The notes below the pieces were generated by a model, which saw only the letters and a list, made by a program, of their open reading frames with translations, had not been told where the DNA came from and did no database searches. From Octopus bimaculoides (taxonomy: Eukaryota): a DNA stretch of 64,000 nt. The DNA is taken from assembly GCF_001194135.2 (NCBI RefSeq), contig NC_068986.1:60613489-60677488 (forward strand), in the 5' to 3' direction. Of this stretch, positions 37,682-49,202 are shown one piece after another; position 1 is the first letter of the stretch; each line of letters starts with the position of its first letter. A program made the position numbers and the translations under genes.

Positions 37682-39447
37682 GTGAACCCAAATTAGAACA
37701 CCAATAACATCTATAAACATATACTAAAACATTACTTCCAGTTCAATTTAACATAAACATTACTTCCTACAATGTTCAATATGCTGTGCTCAATTAACCT
37801 TATTCACTTTATTTCATACTTCTTTGTACATCCATATCATTCATTTACTGCTTTCACTTTATTCAGCAAAAATAAGAGTTATTTATCATGTTCCAAGTTA
37901 TATTAGTGGCAGTATTCTACGTCTACGAATTCCATTTGTTATCTTAAACTTTCTTAGAAACATCTAAAATTCCGAAAACAATCCTAGTTCACTTGTTTAC
38001 GTTCATCGTAAGATGAATCCAAAACATTTAAATATTCTCTCTCTGCTCTATGACGTTTAAATTACTGAACAATATAACATTCTATTTCATCTCTTGGAAA
38101 ACCCTTGCACCAACAGATATAGAACATGATTACCAAAGTAAACTTTGGTAATAATATTAACTTAGTCTTTACAAGTAATTTTTACTCCTTCAACCCCTTC
38201 TTCTTGCCCCTTTCATTTACATCTAACTTAACAACATAATCCATTTCTGTAGATTAATAGACCACCCATTACCTTTATTAATTGTCAATCATTTAATATC
38301 TTACTAATTAATATAAGCATCACTTTCCTATACATATAGCACTGCTTTAATATCAATCACCACACAACTACCGTGTGTATGTATATACGTACTAAGGGGT
38401 GTATACAAATGCGTGTATGTGTCCATGTGTATACATATATATGTGTGTGTATATGTGTATGTATGTTTGTGTATAGATACATGTGTGTACACATTCATGT
38501 ATATGTATGAAATTATGTATGTGTGTGTATGTATGTATGTATATATANNNNNNNNNNNNNNNNNNNNNNNNNNNNNNNNNNNNNNNNNNNNNNNNNNNNN
38601 NNNNNNNNNNNNNNNNNNNNNNNNNNNNNNNNNNNNNNNNNNNNNNNNNNNNNNNNNNNNNNNNNNNNNNNNNNNNNNNNNNNNNNNNNNNNNNNNNNNN
38701 NNNNNNNNNNNNNNNNNNNNNNNNNNNNNNNNNNNNNNNNNNNNNNNNNNNNNNNNNNNNNNNNNNNNNNNNNNNNNNNNNNNNNNNNNNNNNNNNNNNN
38801 NNNNNNNNNNNNNNNNNNNNNNNNNNNNNNNNNNNNNNNNNNNNNNNNNNNNNNNNNNNNNNNNNNNNNNNNNNNNNNNNNNNNNNNNNNNNNNNNNNNN
38901 NNNNNNNNNNNNNNNNNNNNNNNNNNNNNNNNNNNNNNNNNNNNNNNNNNNNNNNNNNNNNNNNNNNNNNNNNNNNNNNNNNNNNNNNNNNNNNNNNNNN
39001 NNNNNNNNNNNNNNNNNNNNNNNNNNNNNNNNNNNNNNNNNNNNNNNNNNNNNNNNNNNNNNNNNNNNNNNNNNNNNNNNNNNNNNNNNNNNNNNNNNNN
39101 NNNNNNNNNNNNNNNNNNNNNNNNNNNNNNNNNNNNNNNNNNNNNNNNNNNNNNNNNNNNNNNNNNNNNNNNNNNNNNNNNNNNNNNNNNNNNNNNNNNN
39201 NNNNNNNNNNNNNNNNNNNNNNNNNNNNNNNNNNNNNNNNNNNNNNNNNNNNNNNNNNNNNNNNNNNNNNNNNNNNNNNNNNNNNNNNNNNNNNNNNNNN
39301 NNNNNNNNNNNNNNNNNNNNNNNNNNNNNNNNNNNNNNNNNNNNNNNNNNNNNNNNNNNNNNNNNNNNNNNNNNNNNNNNNNNNNNNNNNNNNNNNNNNN
39401 NNNNNNNNNNNNNNNNNNNNNNNNNNNNNNNNNNNNNNNNNNNNNNT

Positions 39448-40282
39448 TATTTATTTATGGGGCCACCTCCAATGACACGCAAATAGTGAGCGGTGTTCCG
39501 CAAGGTACTGTTTTGGGACCACTACTGTTCATAATGGCCATCTCAGACATGCCCTCAGCCACACAGAGAGCCACGATCACAAGTTATGCAGATGATACAA
39601 AAGTCTCACAGGTAATACAGAACCCTGAAGACACTATGCACCTGCAATGTGAGCTGGATGAAATATACAAGTGGGCTGAAAAGAATAGCATGCAATTTAA
39701 TGCTCAAAAGTTTCAAGCCTTGTGCTATCAGCATGCAAAACTAAATGCAATACCCTTTAAATACACTGGACCTGGAGGGATTGCAATCCCAGAGGTACAG
39801 TCAGTGTGAGACCTGGGCATTTACATGAGTAATGATGCATCCTTTCATGTGCATGTTACTAATCTGGCAATGAAATGCAGGCGACTGACCAGATGGATTC
39901 TTAGAACTTTTAGAACAAGAGATCAGGAAACCATGATGGTCCTCTGGAGGACACTTGTCCTAAGCCACTTTGACTATTATTCTCAGCTATGGTTACCAAC
40001 CAGTGTCAAATTAATCTCAGAACTTGAGGCAATCCAACAAAGCTACACGAAGAAGGTAGCCTCTATGCAGCATATAAGCGATTGGAAAAGACTCAAGAGA
40101 TTATGACTATTCCTTAGAGCGTAGGCGAGAAAAATATGCCATAATATACATCTGGAAGATCCTCGAAGGACTTGTCCCAAACTTTGGCATCAAAAGTAAC
40201 ACAAATACTAGAACTGGGCACCACTGCATAGTGCCAAGGACTCCAAATTTGCCATCAAGATGTAGGACAAGATATTGCAATA
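39448..40282 (+). mobile_element. CR1/L2-group LINE RT fragment, same family as 1320-5430
   Basis: SGVPQGTVLGPLLF, YADDTK, ILRTFRTRD, LSHFDYYSQLW; both ends lie at N gaps. Confidence 0.93.
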
Positions 40283-41099
40283 GCCTGGGCTTCAGAGGTC
40301 CANNNNNNNNNNNNNNNNNNNNNNNNNNNNNNNNNNNNNNNNNNNNNNNNNNNNNNNNNNNNNNNNNNNNNNNNNNNNNNNNNNNNNNNNNNNNNNNNNN
40401 NNNNNNNNNNNNNNNNNNNNNNNNNNNNNNNNNNNNNNNNNNNNNNNNNNNNNNNNNNNNNNNNNNNNNNNNNNNNNNNNNNNNNNNNNNNNNNNNNNNN
40501 NNNNNNNNNNNNNNNNNNNNNNNNNNNNNNNNNNNNNNNNNNNNNNNNNNNNNNNNNNNNNNNNNNNNNNNNNNNNNNNNNNNNNNNNNNNNNNNNNNNN
40601 NNNNNNNNNNNNNNNNNNNNNNNNNNNNNNNNNNNNNNNNNNNNNNNNNNNNNNNNNNNNNNNNNNNNNNNNNNNNNNNNNNNNNNNNNNNNNNNNNNNN
40701 NNNNNNNNNNNNNNNNNNNNNNNNNNNNNNNNNNNNNNNNNNNNNNNNNNNNNNNNNNNNNNNNNNNNNNNNNNNNNNNNNNNNNNNNNNNNNNNNNNNN
40801 NNNNNNNNNNNNNNNNNNNNNNNNNNNNNNNNNNNNNNNNNNNNNNNNNNNNNNNNNNNNNNNNNNNNNNNNNNNNNNNNNNNNNNNNNNNNNNNNNNNN
40901 NNNNNNNNNNNNNNNNNNNNNNNNNNNNNNNNNNNNNNNNNNNNNNNNNNNNNNNNNNNNNNNNNNNNNNNNNNNNNNNNNNNNNNNNNNNNNNNNNNNN
41001 NNNNNNNNNNNNNNNNNNNNNNNNNNNNNNNNNNNNNNNNNNNNNNNNNNNNNNNNNNNNNNNNNNNNNNNNNNNNNNNNNNNNNNNNNNNNNNNNNNN

Positions 41100-41856
41100 C
41101 ATGGCGTCCATATTATCTTCATGAGGAACCGTTAACTCGACTAGATTTACAACTTTCCTTCTTTCACACCACATTAAAATGTCCGGTTTTTCCATAACTG
41201 TGATAGGAAAGAATGCTTGGCACCCAGGTAAATCTGCAGTCACTTCCCAATAGTCGTTCCACTTTTCATCTCTTACAGGAAATTTCTTGTTCTTTTTCTT
41301 GAAACTGATCCACTGACATGAGCGCACAAAGGTAATAAAATCTCTAGATGGTTCTTTCAACGTTTTTTTCTCAGTGTTGTTGAGATAAATTTGGTTCTTC
41401 ATAGCACTGAGGATAACCTTCAGGACCAGGTTGTGTCTCCATGTATACCTATTCAATGCTAAGGAACAGTTGGAAAGAATATGTTTCAGTGTTCCGACCT
41501 TTCCGTAATTGCATGTCATTCTCTGAGACGTTCCATCTTACGAGATTCGTAGGTGACGGCAAAACATCATAGGATGAACGAATCAGAAAACTTAGCCGAG
41601 ATGTCGTCCACTTCCATATTTCATCCCAACGTATTTTCCTCTCAACAACACGTTCTTCCCATCTCTTCAGCTATTCGAAACTTAAATTCTTTCTGCACTC
41701 CCTTAACAAATGTCAGACTATGCAACTTTTTTGCTCTAAACCGCATCTTTGACCACCTCACAAGTTCATCTAGTCTCAAGAGGGCATTCTGCATGACTTG
41801 TTTATCTGTATTTGTGTCACGTCATCCATGAAGGCTTTCTTAGGCGATTGTACATA
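41100..41856 (-). mobile_element. HERO-like RLE-type non-LTR retrotransposon, C-terminal fragment
   Basis: RKIRWDEIWKW..RLSFLIRSSYDVLPSPTNLVRW; GTLKHILSNC..RYTWRHNLVL; KPDI..LVELTVPHEDN (CCHC knuckle + PD-(D/E)xK-type nuclease). Confidence 0.85.
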
Positions 41857-41929
41857 CATATATATATATAAATAAATATATATATATAGATAAATATATA
41901 TATATATAAATATATATGTATATACATAT

Positions 41930-43275
41930 AATCATTGCTGAGATGATTAACATATCCAGCAGTGTAGGATACAGCCTAGTCACTCGTAAAGTTAATTAGA
42001 CTATTCTTGAAGGCGCCATTCCCAATGACTTGAGTACTAGTATTGCAGTTAGCTGCTACAAGGTTAAAGGTGATGCCTTACAGGGAAACAACTACAGAGG
42101 TATCAAACTGCTGGACCAGATCATGAAAATTACAGAGAGAGTTATAACTCAATTGATTAGGAATAGAATTAAACTAGATGAGATGCAGTTTGGTTTTGTA
42201 CCTGCAAAGAGTACTACACAGGCCATCTCCCTGGTGAGACAGCTGCAGGAAAAGTATTTCACCAAAAGTAAGCCATTGTACTTAGCTTTCATCGACCTGG
42301 AGAAAGCTTTCAACAGAGTTGTTTGCTTTGTTATCTGATGGTCTCTAAGGAAGCTACAAGTAGAAAAGTGGCTTGTTAGAGCTGTACAAGCCATGTACAG
42401 CGGTGCTGTCATTAAGGTGAGAGTCAGCCATGAATATAGTGATGAATTTAGCATACAAGTAGGGGTTCACCAGGATTCAGTTCTCAGACCACTTTTATTC
42501 ATCATAGCCCTCCAGGCCATAACAGAGGAATTCAAAACTGGATGCCTGTGTGAATTACTTTATTTTGATGACCTGGCTCTTATTGCAGAATCTGTAGCAG
42601 AATTGGAGAAGAAACTCCAGGTGTGGAAGCAAAATCTGGAATCAAAGGCCCATAAAGTTAACCTAGCAAAGGCCAAAGTTGTTAGCAAGAAAACAGATAA
42701 AACTCTCTTTCCAATAGGTAAATGGCCCTGCCCAATATGCTAGTTTCTGTTACCTAGGTGACCAAATTAGCAACGGTGGAGGATATTCTGAAAGTACTGT
42801 TTCCAGAATAAGGACAGGATGGAGGAAGTTCAGAGAGTTATTACCTCTGTTGGCAACAAAAGGACTCCCTCTCAGAGTGAAAGGTAGATTGTATGATGCT
42901 TGTGTATAAATGGTAGTGAGACATGGGCTCTGAATGCAGAAAATATGTGTAGACTAGAGAAAAATGAAGGTAGTATGCTCCATTGGATGTACAACAAAGT
43001 GCAAATGTGTTGAGAGAAAAGTTGGGCATAAGAGGAATGCAAAAGAGAAAATTACATTGATTTAGACATGTGATGTGTATGAATGAAGACAGTTGTATAA
43101 AGAAATGCCGATCACTGAAAATGAATGGTACCAATGAAAGAGGGAGACCCAGGAAGCGAGGGAATGAAGTGGTGAGGACCAATCTCAGGATGTTGGGCCT
43201 CACAGAGGAAATGACAAGGGACTGAGATGTCTGGTGGTATGAGGTTCTTGAGAAGACCCACCCACATCAGTGAAA
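41930..43275 (+). mobile_element. Degenerate RTE LINE
   Basis: NNYRGIKLLDQ, QFGFVP, GVHQDSVL, YFDDL, GKWPCPIC; internal deletion. Confidence 0.92.
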
Positions 43276-43289
43276 CTATGTTCTAGAAG

Positions 43290-44172
43290 TGCTGTGTGTT
43301 CCACTTATCAATAAAACTTTTCATACAACCTACCCCAACAAAAGAAATTACTTCGCTTGTCTTTTCACACTTCCTCTTTCATGCATTATGCTTATCTCTG
43401 ACTCCCCAATTCTGTCCTCATGACCCTGCACATTTTATCACTGCTATCTCATCGTCCCCCACCCCTCTATATACCCAGGTTTTCACCAGGCACTTCTTTG
43501 GCAATATTCTGCCACTCATATTATGACCTCCACAATATGAGCATATGCCCTGGCACTTGCCACCACCTATCTCTCTCTTGCTCTACTCTACCATCCCATT
43601 TATATTCTGATTCCCATTTTTTGTGAGTATGCCCTGGCACTTCACTACCATCTCTCTCCTGCTCGCCTCTCAGGTTGGATAACCGTGTATCTCCTTTATA
43701 GCAACACACCCGTTTCTATCCTCATTCTTGATCACACTCTCTCTCTGGCCAGGTAACCATGTACTTCCTCTCCTGCAAGACACCTGTTTCTATCTCTCTG
43801 TTACACTCTAACCTTTCATCACCTTACACAAAATCGCCTCCTGAAATGTCCCCGGCCCTCTCAAAGGATTTTTGTCTTGCAAGGTACTTGACGACCCTGC
43901 CAGCACTGGTGCCACATAAAAAGCATCCAGTCCACACTGCCAAGTGGCTGGTGTTTGGAAGGGCATCCACTGTAAAAACCATACCAAAACTGACCTCACT
44001 TGCGCTCATGCCATGTAAAAAGTAATCAGTCCACTCTGTTAAGTGGTTGGTGTTAGGAAGGGCATCCAGCTGTGAAAACTATGCCAAAATAGACACAGGA
44101 GTCTGGTGCAGTCTCCTGTCAGACCATCCAACCCATGCCAGCATGGAAGGTGGACATTAAACGATAATGATG
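43290..44172 (+). mobile_element. CT-rich non-coding body ending in an RTE-type 3' tail (possible non-autonomous RTE derivative)
   Basis: ~43880-44172 matches the RTE 3' terminus (ggaagggcatccagctgt...catggaaggtggacattaaacgataatgat); the upstream part matches no RT sequence. Confidence 0.55.
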
Positions 44173-44191
44173 ATTATATATATATATATAT

Positions 44192-44420
44192 CTTCATCAT
44201 CATCATCGTCATTTAACATCCGCTTTCCATGCTAGCATGGGTTGGACGATTTGACTGAGGACTGGTGAAACTAGATGACTACACCAGGCTCCAATCTGAN
44301 NNNNNNNNNGGGTTGGACGATTTGACTGAGGACTGGTGAAACTAGATGACTACACCAGGCTCCAATCTGATTTGGCAGAGTTTCTACAGCTGGATGCCCT
44401 TCCTAACACCAATGCCTTTC
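44192..44420 (-). mobile_element. RTE 3'-end fragment, tail-to-tail across (TA)n
   Basis: (ATC)n tail plus 3' UTR; partly duplicated around a 10-N gap. Confidence 0.88.
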
Positions 44421-44430
44421 CTAATACATA

Positions 44431-46741
44431 TTGTATCAGACGGCCAGAAGGGAAGCTAGGCGACAGGTTTATTTAGCCAGAGGGGAAGCAGATAAGAAAA
44501 AAATTGCCAATGTTCTGCGCCGTGAGGACCAAAGACTTGAGGTATTTCGTGTTGCAAGACAGTGTGTGAAAGAGAATTGTGATGTCGTGGGAGAGAAATG
44601 TGTTCGCATGGATGATGGTACGCTTGCACTAAACGAGGTTTTCAAAGAAAGAGGTTTGGAGACGCCACTACGAAAGATTGCTCAATAAAGAGAATGAATG
44701 GGAGAAAGAGAGTCTGCCGAATGTCGAACCAACAGAGGGACCAGCCATCCGAGTTGACAGTACCATGGTAGATAAAGCAATTAAGAGTATGAAGACAGGG
44801 AAGACCCCGGCCCATCAGGAATCACTGCAGAGATGCTCAAAATATCTGGCGGTGTCGNNNNNNNNNNNNNNNNNNNNNNNNNNNNNNNNNNNNNNNNNNN
44901 NNNNNNNNNNNNNNNNNNNNNNNNNNNNNNNNNNNNNNNNNNNNNNNNNNNNNNNNNNNNNNNNNNNNNNNNNNNNNNNNNNNNNNNNNNNNNNNNNNNN
45001 NNNNNNNNNNNNNNNNNNNNNNNNNNNNNNNNNNNNNNNNNNNNNNNNNNNNNNNNNNNNNNNNNNNNNNNNNNNNNNNNNNNNNNNNNNNNNNNNNNNN
45101 NNNNNNNNNNNNNNNNNNNNNNNNNNNNNNNNNNNNNNNNNNNNNNNNNNNNNNNNNNNNNNNNNNNNNNNNNNNNNNNNNNNNNNNNNNNNNNNNNNNN
45201 NNNNNNNNNNNNNNATAACAGAGGAATTCAAGACAGGATACCCCTGGGAGCTCCTCTATGCTGATGACCTTCCACTAATTGCTGAGTCACTATCAGAACT
45301 AGAGGAGAAGTTTAAGGTGTGGAAGCAAGGACTAGAATCGAAGGGCCTTAGAGTCAACCTAGCTAAAACCAAAGTCCTAATAAGTAGGAAGGTAGAAAAA
45401 ACACAAACCCCTTCAGGTAGATGGCCCTGCTCGATCTGTAGAAAAGGCATAGGTAGAAACTCTATAAGATGTACCCAGTGCAAGCTATGGACACATAAGA
45501 GGTGCAGCAATATCAAAGGAAGGTAAACTAGGAAGTTAGTATTTGTATGTGGCAGACGTGCAGAAAACAATTTCTGTCATGTTCCAGGGAGAAAAACTAG
45601 ATGTAGTTGATAGGTTCCGCTATCTAGGTGACCAAGTTAGTAGTGGGGGAGGGTGCACTGAAAGTGTAGCTGCTAGAATAAGCATAGCCTGGGCAAAGTT
45701 CAGAGAGCTCTTACCTCTGCCGGTGAAAAAGGGTCTCTCTCTCAGAGTAAAAGGCAGACTGTATGATGCATGTATACGAACAGCTATGCTACATGGCAGT
45801 GAAACATGGGCTGTGACTACTGAGGATATGTGTAAGCTCGAAAGGAATGAAGCCAGTATTCGCCGATGGATGTGTAATGTCAGTGTGCATACCCGACAGA
45901 GTGTAAGTATCTTGAGAGAAAAGTTGAACCTAAGAAGCATCAGTTGTGGTGTGCAAAAGAGACGATTGCGCTGGTATGGTCACGTGGCGAGAATGGATGA
46001 GAATAGTGGTGTGAAAAAGTGCCACACCCTAGCGGTTGAGGGAACCTGTGGAAGAGGCAGGACCAGGAAGACCTGGGATGAGGTGGTGAAGCACGACCTC
46101 CGAACATTAGGCCTCACCGAGGCAATGACTTTGGAAATATGCTCTGCCTGAGAAGACCCAGCAAGCCAAGGAGACCAAAATCCAAGGCCTCTGCCAGGGA
46201 TGTAGCCAGCCCACTTATGCGTATTCCACTTGTGAAGACCTGTTGAGGCAAGTGAAATCAAATTCGAACCAAATTCGACGACTGGCCTCCATTGGACATT
46301 AAACTCTGCTTGCGAAGACCTGTTGGGGCAAGCGAAAGCGAAATCGTGATGGCACCACCTTTCGAGCGTGATCGTTACCAGCATTGCCTTCTTGGCATTT
46401 GTGCCGCAGCTTCGTGTTCCTGGTACGTGTGCCGGTGGCACGTGAAAAGTCATTCGAGTGAGATCGTTGCCAGTGCCGCTGGACTGGCTCCTGTGCAGGT
46501 GGCACGTAAAATACACATTTTGAGCGAGGCCGTTGCCAGTACCGTCTGACTGGCCTTCGTGCCAGTGGCACCTAAAAGCACCCACTACACTCTCGGAGTG
46601 GTTGTCGTTAGGAAGGGCATCCAGTTGTAGAAACTCTGCCAAATCAGATTGGAGCCTGGTGTAGCCATCTGGATCATCAGTCCTCAGTCAAATCATCCAA
46701 CCCATGCTAGCATGGAAAGCGGACGTTAAACAATGATGATA
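44431..46741 (+). mobile_element. 5'-truncated RTE LINE
   Basis: ELLYADDL, CTQCKLWTHKRCS, FRYLGD, RRLRWYGHVARMD, GRGRTRKTW; 3' UTR; aatgatgat tail. Confidence 0.95.
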
Positions 46742-47844
46742 TTCTCTGCAATGATAATGGATTACTTAACTGTCTGTTTTGCATCATTCTGTCCAGCCAA
46801 TTTGTGGTGTGTTTCACTTTGATGTGCCTCAACCCTTTATGGATCCCCTGTAGCTGAAGCTTTATGTGTGTGTGTATATATATTTGTTATTTTTATATAA
46901 GCTTACAGCTTATGGCGATTACCATGCAATGACTAAGGAAAACAGTTTAATAAAGGGGCATATAAGCTCTCAACAGAAAAAAAAGGCTTTCAAAAGTATA
47001 TATTTATGTATGTATTTATGTTTGTTTTACTGTTTCTTTGACTTGACATCATGTGATTGATGTAATTGCATATCACCATGTCCTTTGTTTCCACACTTCT
47101 GTGAAATATCACCGTAATTGGAAGACAGATGAGGACTGACAACAGGTATCCAGCAGTACAAATTCTGTCCAATTCACGTGAGCATCAGAAAAGTGGTTGT
47201 TTCACACACACACACACACATATATATATTACGTGGACGACAATATTTTCAGTAGAGATGTTACAACTATATCTGAGTGTTCACATGCTTCAATACTGTG
47301 TGTGTACATATACTTATTCTATTGCTGACTTTTATCAATGGTTTCTCCCATTGCTTTGATGTACCATTCTCTATCATTAATAAAATTGTCGATATTTCTG
47401 ATGACACGGGTATGCTAGTGTATATTTATATTACGCTTGTTACGAATATTATCAATATACCTGAGGAAAAATACCTGTCGACTTACTGCACAGACAACGT
47501 AAATTGAATTTAAAGTTAATAGAACTTCTTCGCCTCATCACATCTGTGAGATGCTACGGTTTTTGTAGTCAGTATGCAAAACGTTCAGCTAAGGCAGTTT
47601 TCCTCAAACATTTCTCAAATTTGAAATTACCAATTGCCTCCAAAAAGCCACTTGAAAGAAAAAATTTGATTTAATCACGTTATAAAATTAAAGATTATTT
47701 CTGTCAGCACATATGCATTCATAGTTCATTCCTGTTACAAGAGTACTAAGTTCCCTTGTACGCTCATAAGAACTGTGAGTGCGGTAAGACTTGTTTAAGG
47801 TGCATGGGTTCCATCTAGAGCAACGGTATTCAATAACTAATCAT

Positions 47845-48240
47845 CTAACCGTGAATAGGTGTTATTGAAATAACGCATACCGATGTAAGCATCAGAAGCA
47901 CTATAGTTATTGATTTCTGATTACGTATCGTGGAAAATTTATGTACAGGTTTAGCAGCTCTAGTAAATCTATCCATACATACTTTATCATCCCGTAAGAA
48001 TGTATGAGGAAGTTGTGTCCTCCAAGTGGGATTCGAACTTAAAGCATATAGGGAATGAAAACTAAATAGTTTGAGGCATTTCGTCCAGCAGTTCACACAG
48101 ATCTTCCACCTCGTCACTCTACACCAAAGCATTATATAATTGATGAGTATTTTTTGACATGACATTCTAGAAAGGAATGTTATGTCAACAGCTTTACGCG
48201 TTGACAACTGAGATAAGATCCAAAACCTGATGAGCGTTAA
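47845..48240 (-). mobile_element. Possible highly decayed PIF/Harbinger-type transposase fragment
   Basis: Frameshift-corrected NAFGV..TRWKI and later PHTFLR resemble Harbinger NAFG..RWRI...LHNFL. Weak match. Confidence 0.25.
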
Positions 48241-48935
48241 CGAATAAAATGGAAGAGTTGAAGTGGATAGTTAACCTCTAGAAAACCTATTAAATGTCTT
48301 TGCAAAATTAATACCATTGGTTTGAAGAAAATATATTCTCATTTAGCAATACATCATTAACTAGACGCCTGATTTTCAAATACACTGGTCTGTTAAACGG
48401 TGAAAGGAAAATGATCTTTGATCTTTTAGTGATATATTTTGTAAGTTGAGGAAAAAGAATAGTTCTTGGTTTGGTCTGTGAATTTATATTGGTTAGTCTC
48501 AACAAATTAGGTAAACAAAAATGTCAACTTCAGTACACCTTTAAAATGACTATCAGCAGCCGTATAAGGGCATAAATTACATGCATTAACAGCTTTATAA
48601 TTATGTTCTATTAACTAAATGGCAAAAATGTTTTGGAATGATACTTTCGGTTCAGGCCTGAGACTGAGATACATTTAAAACAACTATAGTATAATAAATA
48701 TATAACTCGCGACTTTATATGTTGTTTTCATACTGCCTTGAACAGAATTACATTTAGAGGGGAATGAGACGTCGTGACGTTCATGTATCTCCAAATGCTC
48801 CCAGCAACCTGGTCGTTGGGAGCTTCCCGAATTCCATAACATCTTTCACACCTTTTTATACATACAGGTATTAACTAAACTCATATTCAATTATAATTTT
48901 CATATGGAGACTCAATAATATCATTTATTCGCGAC

Positions 48936-48969
<34 letters not shown>

Positions 48970-49127
48970 GATCGCTGTCAACAAGAACCTTTAATTAAGT
49001 CGGTTACAATACATCTAACATTTCTAAACATAACCAATTAAACACATTTTTCTTATTAGAGAAAAAAACAACTCGTGTTATTTTGTTGTTTTTGTGTTAT
49101 TCATGCTAAACAGCATGTTGCACTTAC

Positions 49128-49202
49128 CTGGGTTATTGAATCTCCAAATAGAAAAGCCTTAGGCCAACGGAACGAAGCGGAACAATCTGAATCTCCCGCC
49201 AT
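49128..49202 (-). CDS. IAH1: IAH1-like esterase, coding exon 1 (MAGDSDCSASFRWPKAFLFGDSITQ)
   Basis: SGNH block I FGDSITQ containing the catalytic Ser, followed by a consensus CAG|GTAAGT donor. Matches recalled vertebrate WPRLLLFGDSITQ. The frame is open upstream to an ATG at 49325. Confidence 0.92.

Noticed and set aside
44243-44369. ~60-bp direct repeat on both sides of a 10-N gap
   Set aside because: Same contig-overlap artefact.
47390-47430. CTGATGA followed by a small cac/gtg stem
   Set aside because: No GAAA or stem III follows.
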